A stretch of 64,000 nt of DNA from a virus, in IMG/VR virus record IMGVR_UViG_3300042359_000621. One strand, written 5' to 3'. A model generated the notes under the pieces. It saw only the letters and a list, made by a program, of their open reading frames with translations, was not told where the DNA came from and made no database searches. This document shows positions 34,954 through 45,470 of the stretch, piece by piece. The stretch's first letter is position 1. Each line of letters begins with the position of its first letter. The translations under genes were made by a program, and so were the position numbers.

Positions 34954-35379
34954 TCATATTTCATAATCAATCATTGCCGAAACCAAAGGTTTTCTTTCTG
35001 GAAATAAATCTTTAATTGACCTGACAGCATCAGTATAACACTGACCGAGATATGTCCCATTATCCGTAAAACTAGCGCGGGTCTCGGCAACAGCCCACCA
35101 TCCAGACCGACTCCTGAACTCAATATACCAATAACCATAGTCGGTATTTTCTCCCGTTGTTTGGGATATTAAATTATTTAATTGTTCCGTTCTTGTTCGC
35201 ATTCGCAACATCATTTCCTCTCTAATTTTCCCTTGAAGTTCCCAGATATCTTTTTTTATCATGTCGTTCATCTGATTAGCTAATCTCATTTTATGCCCTG
35301 AATCCGTAATATCCTCGTATTCGCTTATTAACATTTGCAACAACTCAATATCCATGTCATCCCACCTCAAAAGTAACAA
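34954..35379 (-). CDS. Hypothetical protein
   Basis: 141-aa ORF. Confidence 0.45.
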   Translation of the reverse strand: MLLLRWDDMDIELLQMLISEYEDITDSGHKMRLANQMNDMIKKDIWELQGKIREEMMLRMRTRTEQLNNLISQTTGENTDYGYWYIEFRSRSGWWAVAETRASFTDNGTYLGQCYTDAVRSIKDLFPERKPLVSAMIDYEI

Positions 35380-35572
35380 CGTTCCACTTTAATTCTACCT
35401 GTTCCCCAATCCATTTGTCCATACACGAATTAACAAAAACTTGATAATCTCCCCTAGAATTTAGCCAAAGTTTAGGGTATTTATCCTTCAATTCCTTAAT
35501 CGTGAAAATCTCCTCAGATGCCGTTACCTCCCTGTTGAGTGCTATTAACTTAATTATAGTAGAATTTTTCAT
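35357..35572 (-). CDS. Hypothetical protein
   Basis: 71-aa ORF. Confidence 0.4.
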   Translation of the reverse strand: MKNSTIIKLIALNREVTASEEIFTIKELKDKYPKLWLNSRGDYQVFVNSCMDKWIGEQVELKWNVVTFEVG

Positions 35573-35587
35573 AATAAAAAGGATTCT

Positions 35588-35992
35588 TTATTGGTCAGGA
35601 TGGTGTTTAACACTTTTTTTAAACTTATTAATAACTGCAATAGCTTTTTTATATTCTAAATTCAACTTCTGATTTTTTTCTTGTAATTCAGCTATTTGAT
35701 TACTAATACTTGAATTACTCTGCTCTTGTAATATGGTTAACTTTTCCTTTAAGTTAATATTCTCGGTTTCGATTTTGCGAAGATTGGTTTCTCTGTATTC
35801 AATCTCCCTTTCAAGAGTCTTAATTTTCCCTTGAAGTTCCACAATTATTTTAGCATTTTTAATATCAAAAATTCGATTAATAGCAATCCCGATCACGCTA
35901 CTACCACTCAATAAAATACCAGTGAACCCCAGGACAGTTTGGACGGTTTGGTCTGGTGGTGTGGTTGTAGTAATCTGAAGAAAGGTCAACAT
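35588..35992 (-). CDS. Membrane-anchored coiled-coil protein (possible lysis-module component)
   Basis: N-terminal TM VLGFTGILLSGSSVIGIAI followed by heptad-rich sequence. Confidence 0.45.
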   Translation of the reverse strand: MLTFLQITTTTPPDQTVQTVLGFTGILLSGSSVIGIAINRIFDIKNAKIIVELQGKIKTLEREIEYRETNLRKIETENINLKEKLTILQEQSNSSISNQIAELQEKNQKLNLEYKKAIAVINKFKKSVKHHPDQ

Positions 35993-35993
35993 A

Positions 35994-36497
35994 TTAGGAC
36001 TTATAGGTATACTTTATAGATAACACAATTCCCACAAGAGTTGAGAAAAAATTTCCGCAAATTAAAGCAGAAATATTCCCGTTTTGTTCAATTCCTATGG
36101 CTCCAAAAAAACCGAGAACAAACAACACTGAAAGGATGTGGCAGATATTCAATAGCAAATAGCAAGCCACCCAAACCGGAGAACTAACGTAATGATTTTT
36201 TTTCAACTTATAAACAAATACCCAACAAATCACACCGCTAATCCCCACCCCCAACATAAAGGCGTTCAGGAAGTCGATGCTTTCGTTTACGAAATAAATG
36301 GAAGTTTTTGGCGGGGTAAATATCACCCCAAAAAACCCCAATAAAATCATCACCAAGAAATGATGATTAAAAAACAATGCCTGACCGACATACTTAATCT
36401 TAAAAACTGGTTTACTGTTGTATCTCTCGTATTCAATCAACGTCGGGAAAGTCCTGTTTTTTTCTCTTTCTTTCCTTGAGTTTTTTGTTCCGTTCAT
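35994..36497 (-). CDS. Polytopic membrane protein (holin-like by position only)
   Basis: At least four hydrophobic helices. Confidence 0.45.
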   Translation of the reverse strand: MNGTKNSRKEREKNRTFPTLIEYERYNSKPVFKIKYVGQALFFNHHFLVMILLGFFGVIFTPPKTSIYFVNESIDFLNAFMLGVGISGVICWVFVYKLKKNHYVSSPVWVACYLLLNICHILSVLFVLGFFGAIGIEQNGNISALICGNFFSTLVGIVLSIKYTYKS

Positions 36498-36768
36498 AGT
36501 AATGCTCCCACACCAAAAACAACGATAGAAAACTGATAAAAACCTGAATAACTAAAGTCGAAACTTTGATATATCCAAATTTTTGATAGCCAAATTTATT
36601 TAAACTATCAAATATCAGCATTATACCACTGTTAATCAATAGCGTTGAACTCAAGTATTTATTTAATTTTCTATCATCAAAAAATAAGAAGATGCCATTA
36701 ACAATAGAAATTAGTCCGGCAAAAAATAGCAGGAGAATATAGCCAGAATTGTCGATTGTCAATGGCAT
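36433..36768 (-). CDS. Polytopic membrane protein
   Basis: Three hydrophobic helices. Confidence 0.45.
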   Translation of the reverse strand: MPLTIDNSGYILLLFFAGLISIVNGIFLFFDDRKLNKYLSSTLLINSGIMLIFDSLNKFGYQKFGYIKVSTLVIQVFISFLSLFLVWEHYYERNKKLKERKRKKQDFPDVD

Positions 36769-36772
36769 ATTG

Positions 36773-37087
36773 TTATTGTACTAACGGGTCGTTGTCCATG
36801 GATTCAAGTGCGACTAATTCCGCGTCTAATTTTTCTTGATATTCCTTCTCAAAGGCATCAATGAAAATAGGGACAAAAGCCTCAATAGCATCGTGCAGCC
36901 CTGGATATTTAGCCAACGGAATCCTAATGATTCCGCTTTTATTCGTTGGGATTGTATGACCCGTTTCATCGTCAACCATGACGATTACATAACAGGCTTC
37001 AATATATTCCCTATTAACAATTCCAGTTTGAGGATTTGCAGTTTCAAACTGTTGACGATAGACAATTCTATGCTCTTGGTAACTCAT
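36773..37087 (-). CDS. Hypothetical protein (possible tail-fibre assembly partner by position)
   Basis: 104-aa ORF immediately downstream of the fibre gene. Confidence 0.4.
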   Translation of the reverse strand: MSYQEHRIVYRQQFETANPQTGIVNREYIEACYVIVMVDDETGHTIPTNKSGIIRIPLAKYPGLHDAIEAFVPIFIDAFEKEYQEKLDAELVALESMDNDPLVQ

Positions 37088-37089
37088 TT

Positions 37090-39117
37090 TTATGCTCCTA
37101 TTAATCCGTGAGTTGTCAAATCATCAATCAACGCTTTTACTCTTTCAGCTAATTGTGGAAGAGTTACCGTTGAAGTTGCAAAAGTTGTGCGAGTAGCGGT
37201 TCCCGTAGGGGCAGCCCATCCCGTTCTTCGGGCGGAAACAACTTGATTAGTCCCAACAACAAAAGACGTTGCTTTTGCCGACCCATTAACATCTAATTGT
37301 TGCGATGGGCTAATAGTACCAATTCCTACATTATCATTATCTAAAATAGTGAAGGGTATTGATTTAACAGCATTATTATTATAAGAGTAAATATGAAAAC
37401 CATTTTGCAAGCTCCCCCCCGCATTTGTTGATTTCATATTATAGAGAACGTATGAGGTGCTAAGTCCTGCTTCTGTTTTTCCAAGGTTACTGATTTCGAT
37501 AGCAGCTGTATACTCCAGACTTCGTAACCTTAAAGCACCCGTTACAATACCACCAGCCAAAGGAAGGTATGTGTCGGGAAGTCTGGCAGCACTCAAGGTT
37601 CCGGTTGAAATATTAGAAGCATTTAAACTGGTTAGTCCGGAGCCATTCCCGTTCAACGAACCAGCAAAAATCGCTCCCGTAATCCCCAAACTAGCTGCAC
37701 GAATCGCGCCTGTAGTGGTAGAAGTTGATTCTGCGGTACTATCAGTTGACACAACACCTCTAAGGTAAGTGTTGGTAATATTTGAATCACCAAGCGTAAC
37801 CGTGTTTGAGCCATTCCCTGTGGCGTTAAAACCGAAAACATTTTCATTGGTTGCATTTTGGGTTCCTTTTGTCGATGCACCTATAAAACAAGAGTTGCTT
37901 GATGCCGTGAGACCCGTTACACCATCGGCAATAAAACGCCCTGCACCAACTCCAAAACCTACCAAACTACTCCCTGTTGCATTGCTGAAAAGTGCACCAA
38001 CTCCAACGGCAGTTGAATTATTCCCTGTAGTGTTATTTTGTAAACTCCCAACACCAACGGCAGTCAAGTTGCTCCCACTGGTATTGACACGGAGCGAATC
38101 CAAACCAACGGCAGTTAAACCATTCCCTGTGGTATTAGCTAAAAGCGAATTAACACCAACGGCAGTCAAATTAGCCCCTGTGGTATTAGCTAAAAGCGAA
38201 TTAACACCAAATGCGGAGCAGTTAGTACCTGTGGTATTGGCCTGGAGCGAATTAACACCAAATGCGGAGCAGTTAGTACCTGTGGTATTGGCCTGGAGCG
38301 AACTAGAACCAACAACCGTATTTGAACTTACCCCCCCTGCTCCCCTCCCAACAGGAATTAGATTATAGGAATTTGCGCTAACAGTATTTGCAAAAATCGC
38401 TCCAGTAATCCCTAAACTGGCTGCACGAATCGCGCCTGTAGTGGTACTGGTAGAAGCTGTTGCACTGGTTGAAACCAAGTCACCCGTTACTGTGCCTCCT
38501 GGCAAGGGTAGATAATTATTGTTATCAATCGAATAATTACCATCACCCGTTTTCTTTAAGAATCCCGCAGTATCAGCTAATGCTTGAATGGCAATTAATT
38601 CATTTCCGATGCTGTTAGTTGAAACGGCTGTTATTTGTCCTTTCCCGTTGACAGTAACGACAGGAATTGAACCAGCACCGCCAAACGCACCAACATTACT
38701 ATTAACTGTTGCCAGAGTTATTGCGCTTGAAACATTAGCTGAACCATCAAAACTAACAGAATAAGTAGCATCCCCCGTCGTTGAAATTGTCCGGGCGTTT
38801 GTTAGTTTTAACGCCTCCCCCGCCGTTGCCGAGCTTGATATTTCAACATAAACAGAACCTGACCATCGGTAGGTTTTGTTAGTATCTTCGGTGACATAAA
38901 TTTTGCCAGCATCACCCGCAACCGGAAACGCTGCAAGGTTAGCAAAATTCAAGACATCATCAACATAGGATGGCAAAACCGATGCTGAAATTGTGCCAGA
39001 CGCGGCGTTAACAGCCGTTAAGATTGTGTTGCTAGAAGTTAATGATTTTGTGAAATTTGCCACCGTTGGATCGGTTTCAGCTGTAATCACATTCCTAATT
39101 AATTGTCCAACGCCCAT
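37090..39117 (-). CDS. Tail fibre protein with 17-aa NTTGxNxTAxGVxSLxA repeats
   Basis: About seven tandem 17-aa repeats, a duplicated STSTTTGAIRAASLGITGAIFA segment, and a conserved fibre-type C-terminus (LPQLAERVKALIDDLTTHGLIGA). Confidence 0.75.
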   Translation of the reverse strand: MGVGQLIRNVITAETDPTVANFTKSLTSSNTILTAVNAASGTISASVLPSYVDDVLNFANLAAFPVAGDAGKIYVTEDTNKTYRWSGSVYVEISSSATAGEALKLTNARTISTTGDATYSVSFDGSANVSSAITLATVNSNVGAFGGAGSIPVVTVNGKGQITAVSTNSIGNELIAIQALADTAGFLKKTGDGNYSIDNNNYLPLPGGTVTGDLVSTSATASTSTTTGAIRAASLGITGAIFANTVSANSYNLIPVGRGAGGVSSNTVVGSSSLQANTTGTNCSAFGVNSLQANTTGTNCSAFGVNSLLANTTGANLTAVGVNSLLANTTGNGLTAVGLDSLRVNTSGSNLTAVGVGSLQNNTTGNNSTAVGVGALFSNATGSSLVGFGVGAGRFIADGVTGLTASSNSCFIGASTKGTQNATNENVFGFNATGNGSNTVTLGDSNITNTYLRGVVSTDSTAESTSTTTGAIRAASLGITGAIFAGSLNGNGSGLTSLNASNISTGTLSAARLPDTYLPLAGGIVTGALRLRSLEYTAAIEISNLGKTEAGLSTSYVLYNMKSTNAGGSLQNGFHIYSYNNNAVKSIPFTILDNDNVGIGTISPSQQLDVNGSAKATSFVVGTNQVVSARRTGWAAPTGTATRTTFATSTVTLPQLAERVKALIDDLTTHGLIGA
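38201..38302 (-). repeat. Two perfect 51-nt tandem copies inside the fibre repeat array
   Basis: 38201-38251 equals 38252-38302. Diverged 51-nt units extend upstream to about 37945. Confidence 0.8.
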
Positions 39118-39606
39118 CTAAAACCCCCTTATTAGTTCAACGGATGCCCCTTCTGGAATAACGATTGTGATGGCGGGATGTCGCGCGGGTAAGCATGACT
39201 CCAAATTCACAATGTCGTTTATTCCATTTGTTGCTGTTTTTGTCAGCCCATTAATTGCTACAGTTCCGGTTAAAACAGTCATATAAACATAACAACTACC
39301 TGCGGGAATAGTTGTTGTGCCTGCTGTTAAAATCCTCCAATCTGCTGTTAAGTTGGTCGCGGGCAACTCAACCGGAATCCTGTTATTAGAAAGACTGGGA
39401 ATCTTGGCGTTTACTGCTTCAAGGGTTGTTTCTTTAGCCAAGCCAGAGACATCTGTAGACCCCCCTCCCCCTCCCCCTACGCCTTCACTCGATATAGCAC
39501 GATAAACCTCCCAGTAGGGAAGTGTCTGTGCAGGGTGTTCCAGTGCTTCTATTTGCTCTCTAATTAAAGCAGCCGCATCCGCTTGTTGTGTACTAATATC
39601 AGGCAT
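39118..39606 (-). CDS. Hypothetical virion protein
   Basis: 162-aa ORF abutting the fibre gene. Confidence 0.45.
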   Translation of the reverse strand: MPDISTQQADAAALIREQIEALEHPAQTLPYWEVYRAISSEGVGGGGGGSTDVSGLAKETTLEAVNAKIPSLSNNRIPVELPATNLTADWRILTAGTTTIPAGSCYVYMTVLTGTVAINGLTKTATNGINDIVNLESCLPARHPAITIVIPEGASVELIRGF

Positions 39607-39735
39607 TTTTCATAAAAATAAGTATTTATAAATAATTTTAACCCCTCTTTTATTGATTGCATTTTCAATTTAAGAAATTCCCACAAGAAGTGTGATTAGC
39701 ACTTGACATATAGCGGGTCGGAGTATTTCACGAAA

Positions 39736-41463
39736 TTATCCAAATACTAAAGCGTATTTTTTAGCTGAGTTTTCAATAAAACTCAAAATGTCAGAATCCA
39801 TCTCTAAAATCCCTTGGTGAGAGATGGATGTCACAGTGTTTGTATAATAATATGCGACTGTGATCAAATAACTCCCATTCGCAAAACCTGAAGTCCCACT
39901 GATGGCAGTTACAGAGTCAATTACAGGGCTATACAATCCCAATTCTGAAACAGGAACAGTAGTTGCCACTCCGCCAGATCCAGTTAAAGTAATAGTTTGA
40001 GTCGCTTCGCCTAACTGCACTGGAGTGGTAAACTTATTCCCCCCTACCCAAATCCATATATCTGTAGCATTGAAGTTCCCTTTTGAATTTCCTGCTATGA
40101 CATCAAGATAGTCGGATCTGATATTTGTGGGATGCGTTAATTTAATCTGCAATTGTATTGAAGAGCTTAACGTTACATTCCCTGCCACAATTGCTTTTCC
40201 GCAACCGTTCAATGTCCCGACCTTAGCTCTTAATGTTTGACCCGACCCTAGCTCCGAAACTGCAAAACAAGTCCCATTCCCGTTAATAGCAACGATTTGA
40301 TTGGCAGTGTTGGCAACCAGCCCAAAGACACCACGCTCTCCCACACCAATAAATGATCTGCCATTTACTATTCCCGATCCTGATAAGGCGATCGCACTTA
40401 AACCCGTATCAGGGACAATCCGACGCAGATCCAACCCCGCACTAATCAAATTACCAATGATTGCAGCCACACCCGAATAATAGCCAACACGCTCCCCGAT
40501 TGATAGACTGACTTCTATCTGGGCATTCTCGGCTACTCTCCCCCCTAAACTTGCCACGTCAACCTGAATCTCCACAGCAACTAGATAGGCATATCCCGAT
40601 AGCAAATCTTTTTCTAAAATTAATCCCGAATTGTTGTTGGTATAAGTAATTCTTTGATTAATTCCCGTCATCTCCCCACCTCCAGAGGCGGAGGTATCCA
40701 GAGATCCATCGGTCAATTTGACGTATCCTAAAAATGTCAAATTGACCGCACCCGCACCAAAAAACAGATCAGTTAAGTCTGTATCCCCCCACGATATCCC
40801 TACTGATATGGATCTCCCCGCAAAATAGGGAGATGTCGTTTCGTTTCTTAGCCAAAATTTGACGGGCTCGGAATAACTTCTGTCAACTGCATAATCGGGA
40901 CGGATAATAATTTCTTTTTGCTCATCTGTGAACTCAGAAAGCAACCTATCACAGCCGTTTACCGAACGAGTTGATGTAACTAAGGTTTGGAATTCTTGGG
41001 GATAAACCCTCAGCCACTGACTGTCTTGCCATTCTCTGATTTCTCCCCATTCGTCAACGTAAACCCGCATCCCGTCAATTTTATTAACAGGGATTTGAGA
41101 GGTATTCGCTACGCTTTTTTGGGTAACGAAGTATTCATTTTTGTTAAGTGTTAGCGTCCCAGGTAAAGTATCTGAAGCTGAGTAAGCGGCTATAACATAA
41201 GCAGCTAAATAGGTATTTGTCGGGGAGAATGACAGCACATAGGAGACTGGATCATACCCATCACAATTACAGTCAGGCACAATTACAGTCACGCCTTGAC
41301 CTGTTGTTAAACTAATGGCTGTTGGTGGGGAATACAGGTTAAATCCTTGGCGGTTCCGCATCTGCCAATATAGAGATCCTGCTACCGAACCCGTTAGGCT
41401 TCCCGAAATTACCGAGACAACCGGAGCAGGAATTTGAGAGGGAATACCAGCGTAAGTCAGCAT
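39736..41463 (-). CDS. Putative tail fibre or baseplate structural protein
   Basis: 575 aa, G/S/T/V-rich and beta-rich, in a tail-module context. Confidence 0.5.
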   Translation of the reverse strand: MLTYAGIPSQIPAPVVSVISGSLTGSVAGSLYWQMRNRQGFNLYSPPTAISLTTGQGVTVIVPDCNCDGYDPVSYVLSFSPTNTYLAAYVIAAYSASDTLPGTLTLNKNEYFVTQKSVANTSQIPVNKIDGMRVYVDEWGEIREWQDSQWLRVYPQEFQTLVTSTRSVNGCDRLLSEFTDEQKEIIIRPDYAVDRSYSEPVKFWLRNETTSPYFAGRSISVGISWGDTDLTDLFFGAGAVNLTFLGYVKLTDGSLDTSASGGGEMTGINQRITYTNNNSGLILEKDLLSGYAYLVAVEIQVDVASLGGRVAENAQIEVSLSIGERVGYYSGVAAIIGNLISAGLDLRRIVPDTGLSAIALSGSGIVNGRSFIGVGERGVFGLVANTANQIVAINGNGTCFAVSELGSGQTLRAKVGTLNGCGKAIVAGNVTLSSSIQLQIKLTHPTNIRSDYLDVIAGNSKGNFNATDIWIWVGGNKFTTPVQLGEATQTITLTGSGGVATTVPVSELGLYSPVIDSVTAISGTSGFANGSYLITVAYYYTNTVTSISHQGILEMDSDILSFIENSAKKYALVFG

Positions 41464-41482
41464 ATTTTAACCTTGTACTCAT

Positions 41483-41689
41483 TTAACCTTGTACAACTTG
41501 CCATTTTCCATTGTGTTTAAAGGCGATCGCCTTACCAGTAACCACGCCTTTGGCTACAAAACTTTTACCCATCCCAGAGAATACAGATCCACTACTCCCT
41601 AGGGGGTAAGCCTTGCCAATTAACACTGATTTGTTACGACCATTTAATCTACTTAAAGTCTGAGATGCGATTTGATTTACCGTCGCCAT
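41483..41689 (-). CDS. Hypothetical small virion protein
   Basis: 68-aa ORF. Confidence 0.4.
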   Translation of the reverse strand: MATVNQIASQTLSRLNGRNKSVLIGKAYPLGSSGSVFSGMGKSFVAKGVVTGKAIAFKHNGKWQVVQG

Positions 41690-41852
41690 GCTACTGATTC
41701 CCTTAATGTTCTGGTTTGGTTTGTTGCTGTTACTGTTTTCCCTCTATATCTGCCCGTAATGGAACTTCCTGAAACATTCCAAGTTGGTTGTCCATCAGAT
41801 AATATTTTAAGTAATTTAGCTGCTAATTCTCTTTCTTTTGGGGATGACATTC

Positions 41853-44297
41853 TTAATTTCTCCGACTGGGGACAGTTGGGGGCAAAACCCCTCCTAAAGT
41901 AATTATAGTGGCATTATTGTCTACTTTTGGATCTTCTCCTTGATTATTGTCCGAACCTTCGTTAGACGGGACGGTATCTTTTCTTGTCTCAACACGAATA
42001 GAACGACTTTCCCACAATCCCAGTGTCAACTTCGTGCCGTCCGTTTTGCAGATTGGATCTAATCCATAGGCATTTTGGCTTCCGTCATATTCCAGTGTGT
42101 AGGAAGCCGATAAGACTCTAAATCTCCCCCGAAATCTATCCCCACTGAAAGTGCAAAAATCTCCCCCTTCAATGTTCGGGAAGTGCCAGCTAACTGTCCG
42201 GGTTTCTTGGGTACTTTGAAGGGTGTTAATTGTAAGTTGAGTTTTGGCAGCTTTTTCTGCTTGACTAAGTGTAGAGGCAGCCCCAAAATTTAGACTTTCT
42301 CCCCCTTCTGATGCCCACTCAGGGATTGAATCAGAATAGACAAAGTATCGTTTTGTAACCCTACTTGTTATAACCCTACTTAGTGGCGGTTTTGGTTGTT
42401 GTTGCTCCCATGTTGTTTTCCTGTATTGAGCTTCTGGTGGCCTCCCTTGGATCTCTCGATATCGAATATTCTCAACCCCATCAACAAACCCTGCTCCCGA
42501 TGCGGTTAATTCCACTATCTTCTCGGTTGAATATTCGTCGTTCTTTTTAGTCCAAATTGATTGATAATAGCTCTCCTCACCCGCCACCAAAGCGGGGAGG
42601 GGATCTTCTTCGGTTGAGTCAGGGTGAGCCATTGTTGCAATCGAAGACGCTTGCCTAGATTCTGTCCACACCAGCATTGGCTCTACAAAATCCATGTCGG
42701 CAGTAATTAAGCCCACTTTCAACCTTTGATTAGAACCCTCTCTTGGGGGTGTAACTTTTGAGAACATCATTCGCTGCATCTGCTCGTCCATTTCATCCCA
42801 AAAAACCCACTCAATGCTGTAGGGAACTGCATCCTGTTCATAGTCTGCGCGCATTGATTTTAGATAAAACTTAGTTTCATCCCACCTGTTTATTCTTTGA
42901 AATTTAACTACTTTCCACCAAGGATCAGGGAGTAGCCTTCCTGTCTTGACCAGCCCCCACTGTAGTCTTTCTTGACCTGGTGGGCCAACATAAACCCATC
43001 CCGGTATCATTTCTTCTATCATTCCCTCCCCACCAACAAAAATCATCTCACGGGTATCGGTGTCTCCTCCTATTTCTTCTTGTTGAAATCGGCTTAATTT
43101 CCATCCAGACGTGACAATACTTGTTAAATATTTAGCCTTTGAAGCCTTAAACTTAATCCCATCAAACCCCACACTTTCTACATAATCTTCATAATCTGGA
43201 TGCACAACTAATTCATACTTTATTTCTTGTGTGTTTTGAGGTTTAGCAAGTGTGTAAATCGGTGAAACCACCTCCTGATAATAATAACGAGTTTCCTGAT
43301 ATTCGATTAGCTTCCAGAAGTTTGCCGGATTATAAATTATCAATCCATCGGGCGTTTCCACAAAATCTTTTAAATAATAAGCAAATCCCCACGTCTCGAT
43401 AACCTCTCTGTCTGTTTGCCCGTCAATTGTATAAGTTGTTCTCCTGACTTTCTTGGGGCCGGATTGGTCTAAGTTGCTATCTAAACTCCTTAAAATAGTT
43501 GTTCCTTTTGGTGGGTTTGTTACGTCTTGGTCGTATTCATATTCGGTTTTAAGTTCAGGTTCTTTTTCCTCGAATTCGGGAGGTGAATTTGGGTCAACTT
43601 GCTCTTTGTTACTTTCCCTTGGAGTCCATGTCAACGCGGCTCCATTGTAATAGGGTGCGACTCCTAACTGGTTAGATCCGTCCGCTATTTGTTCTCCCCA
43701 ACTAAAACTATAAGAAGAGCCAGAATTGATATTCTTCAATCCGACAAACTGCCCATAATGGACGTAACAGCCTTGTACTAAGGCATATTCCCCAAGTACG
43801 TCATCCAGGGAAATCATAGAGTCTTCGCCAACTTCATCAATGAAGATGTTAAACCCACCAGACAAATTGACCCCCGCCTTGGATGCCAACCGACTCGCCG
43901 ATAATGTCCCCGTGGCAATATTAACCAAAGGCTTGATTTTCACCGACCGTGAACAGTAAACCTTCCACCATCCTTCTAGGTTGATTGAGACAGTATAAAC
44001 ATTTATTTTCTGGGTTCCTTTATATAAATATCCAGTTCTTTCGTAGCCATAACCGCCATCGGGAGCAACTCTAAATGGAATCCCATCTATGGTGATTCTT
44101 GTATTCCTTGAAGGATCATAAACCTGCTCGTAACTGCTAATATCTTCTTCTGTAATCCCTTCATAGGTAATTGAGGCACTGGGATGATCTTGGAAACTTT
44201 TTGTAACAGTTAATGATCCCAGTTTTATCGGAACTGGAAGGTCAGGGGGATTTTTGACAATATTACTTTTAAATAATGGACGGGAAACAATAGGCAT
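41853..44297 (-). CDS. Large tail structural protein (hub or tail-tip type)
   Basis: 814-aa ORF in the tail module. Confidence 0.5.
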   Translation of the reverse strand: MPIVSRPLFKSNIVKNPPDLPVPIKLGSLTVTKSFQDHPSASITYEGITEEDISSYEQVYDPSRNTRITIDGIPFRVAPDGGYGYERTGYLYKGTQKINVYTVSINLEGWWKVYCSRSVKIKPLVNIATGTLSASRLASKAGVNLSGGFNIFIDEVGEDSMISLDDVLGEYALVQGCYVHYGQFVGLKNINSGSSYSFSWGEQIADGSNQLGVAPYYNGAALTWTPRESNKEQVDPNSPPEFEEKEPELKTEYEYDQDVTNPPKGTTILRSLDSNLDQSGPKKVRRTTYTIDGQTDREVIETWGFAYYLKDFVETPDGLIIYNPANFWKLIEYQETRYYYQEVVSPIYTLAKPQNTQEIKYELVVHPDYEDYVESVGFDGIKFKASKAKYLTSIVTSGWKLSRFQQEEIGGDTDTREMIFVGGEGMIEEMIPGWVYVGPPGQERLQWGLVKTGRLLPDPWWKVVKFQRINRWDETKFYLKSMRADYEQDAVPYSIEWVFWDEMDEQMQRMMFSKVTPPREGSNQRLKVGLITADMDFVEPMLVWTESRQASSIATMAHPDSTEEDPLPALVAGEESYYQSIWTKKNDEYSTEKIVELTASGAGFVDGVENIRYREIQGRPPEAQYRKTTWEQQQPKPPLSRVITSRVTKRYFVYSDSIPEWASEGGESLNFGAASTLSQAEKAAKTQLTINTLQSTQETRTVSWHFPNIEGGDFCTFSGDRFRGRFRVLSASYTLEYDGSQNAYGLDPICKTDGTKLTLGLWESRSIRVETRKDTVPSNEGSDNNQGEDPKVDNNATIITLGGVLPPTVPSRRN

Positions 44298-44301
44298 AAT
44301 A

Positions 44302-45021
44302 TCAAGTGATTAATTTTAAAGATTGAATGGCATCATCCCAGAAAAACTGACCAGGTGTAAATTCTCCCTGTTGCTCAACAAACCGTCTGCCTCTCCATTC
44401 TACATAATCAATAAATCCCAAGTTCTCCCCAATATTAAAAACATTGAGTTGACCAATTAGCTCCTGAGGTGCGGTATATTGCCCTGTCATCTCCAAAGTT
44501 TCCCCTCCTCTAATCCGACAGCAGGAATTAGAGCAATCAATCACAACTCGCTCCCCTACTTGCCCAAAATTAAGAGGGACACCTCTATTTAAAACTTGAG
44601 ACACAATCATTCCTGAAGGAACGGTAACTATCAACTCACACATTACCCTGGGGATAGGGGCGTTAAATTCTATGGTTAAATTAATACTATCAGGAACGGT
44701 ATTAGTCGCAAAATAGACAGTAGTATTTTGTAAATAGAATCTTTGCCCAGTCAATCTATCTGGGTTTGTGGCTTGAATAAAATTGTTTATCCCGACCCGT
44801 AGAACAGCTAAAAAAGGCAGGTTTATTTTATAAAGGGTAAAGACGGCATCAGGGGTTGTTAGCTCTGTTGGGGAAGGGTTAACGCCAGGGTATTTGTGAA
44901 ATGTTTTAGTTTGAAATAAAGGAGCTAATGTCTGATTTCCTTGTGCAGACAAAATAGGAGCCGATAAATTAAATGGACTCAGGATTGTTGCGGGTAAGTT
45001 AGAATTAGAGAGCGTGAACAT
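44302..45021 (-). CDS. Hypothetical tail protein
   Basis: 239-aa ORF. Confidence 0.45.
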   Translation of the reverse strand: MFTLSNSNLPATILSPFNLSAPILSAQGNQTLAPLFQTKTFHKYPGVNPSPTELTTPDAVFTLYKINLPFLAVLRVGINNFIQATNPDRLTGQRFYLQNTTVYFATNTVPDSINLTIEFNAPIPRVMCELIVTVPSGMIVSQVLNRGVPLNFGQVGERVVIDCSNSCCRIRGGETLEMTGQYTAPQELIGQLNVFNIGENLGFIDYVEWRGRRFVEQQGEFTPGQFFWDDAIQSLKLIT

Positions 45022-45052
45022 AAAAAATTAATTTAACTACTAATATTATCCC

Positions 45053-45469
45053 GTGAATTATCGCCAAGAATTAAAACAGACCATAGAATTGTTTGTCCCT
45101 CAAGTTGAACAAGCATTTCTCAAAGCATTCTTTCTAAAAGACCTCGATTTTGGGCGGGATTTAATGGTGGGGGAGCGGACGGGTGCGATAGATTGGTATA
45201 CCTCTGACCTGGGATCTCTTGTAGGAAACGTGATGATTTCGATGGGTTGTAGCTCCCGATTAAATGCCGAGATAGAAAAAGCAACCGAGGCGATTTATGC
45301 CAGACACGGGATATTTTCCATCAACGAGGAGGTTGTTAGAGCCATAGAGCTTTCAACCGCCAAGGTACAGCTAAAAGGGGAAGTTAACGCTACAACAGTG
45401 CAACAAACTTCTTCTCGGCTCTGGGTAGCAATTTCCACGTTTCAAATTGACTGTTTTATTGGGTTGTGA
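45053..45469 (+). CDS. Hypothetical protein on the opposite strand within the structural region
   Basis: 138-aa ORF with a GTG start. Confidence 0.4.
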   Translation: MNYRQELKQTIELFVPQVEQAFLKAFFLKDLDFGRDLMVGERTGAIDWYTSDLGSLVGNVMISMGCSSRLNAEIEKATEAIYARHGIFSINEEVVRAIELSTAKVQLKGEVNATTVQQTSSRLWVAISTFQIDCFIGL

Positions 45470-45470
45470 T

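Noticed and set aside
37457-38368. Plus-strand ORFs of 103 and 199 aa (37457..37768 and 37769..38368) antisense to the tail fibre gene
   Set aside because: They lie wholly inside the much longer minus-strand fibre ORF. Their periodic P/V/L-rich sequence is the mirror image of the 51-nt coding repeat, and they have no independent start context. They are treated as artefacts.
37090-39117. Diversity-generating retroelement targeting the tail fibre
   Set aside because: No reverse transcriptase ORF is present in the window. The repeated units are tandem and in-frame rather than a TR/VR pair, and the differences between units are not adenine-specific.
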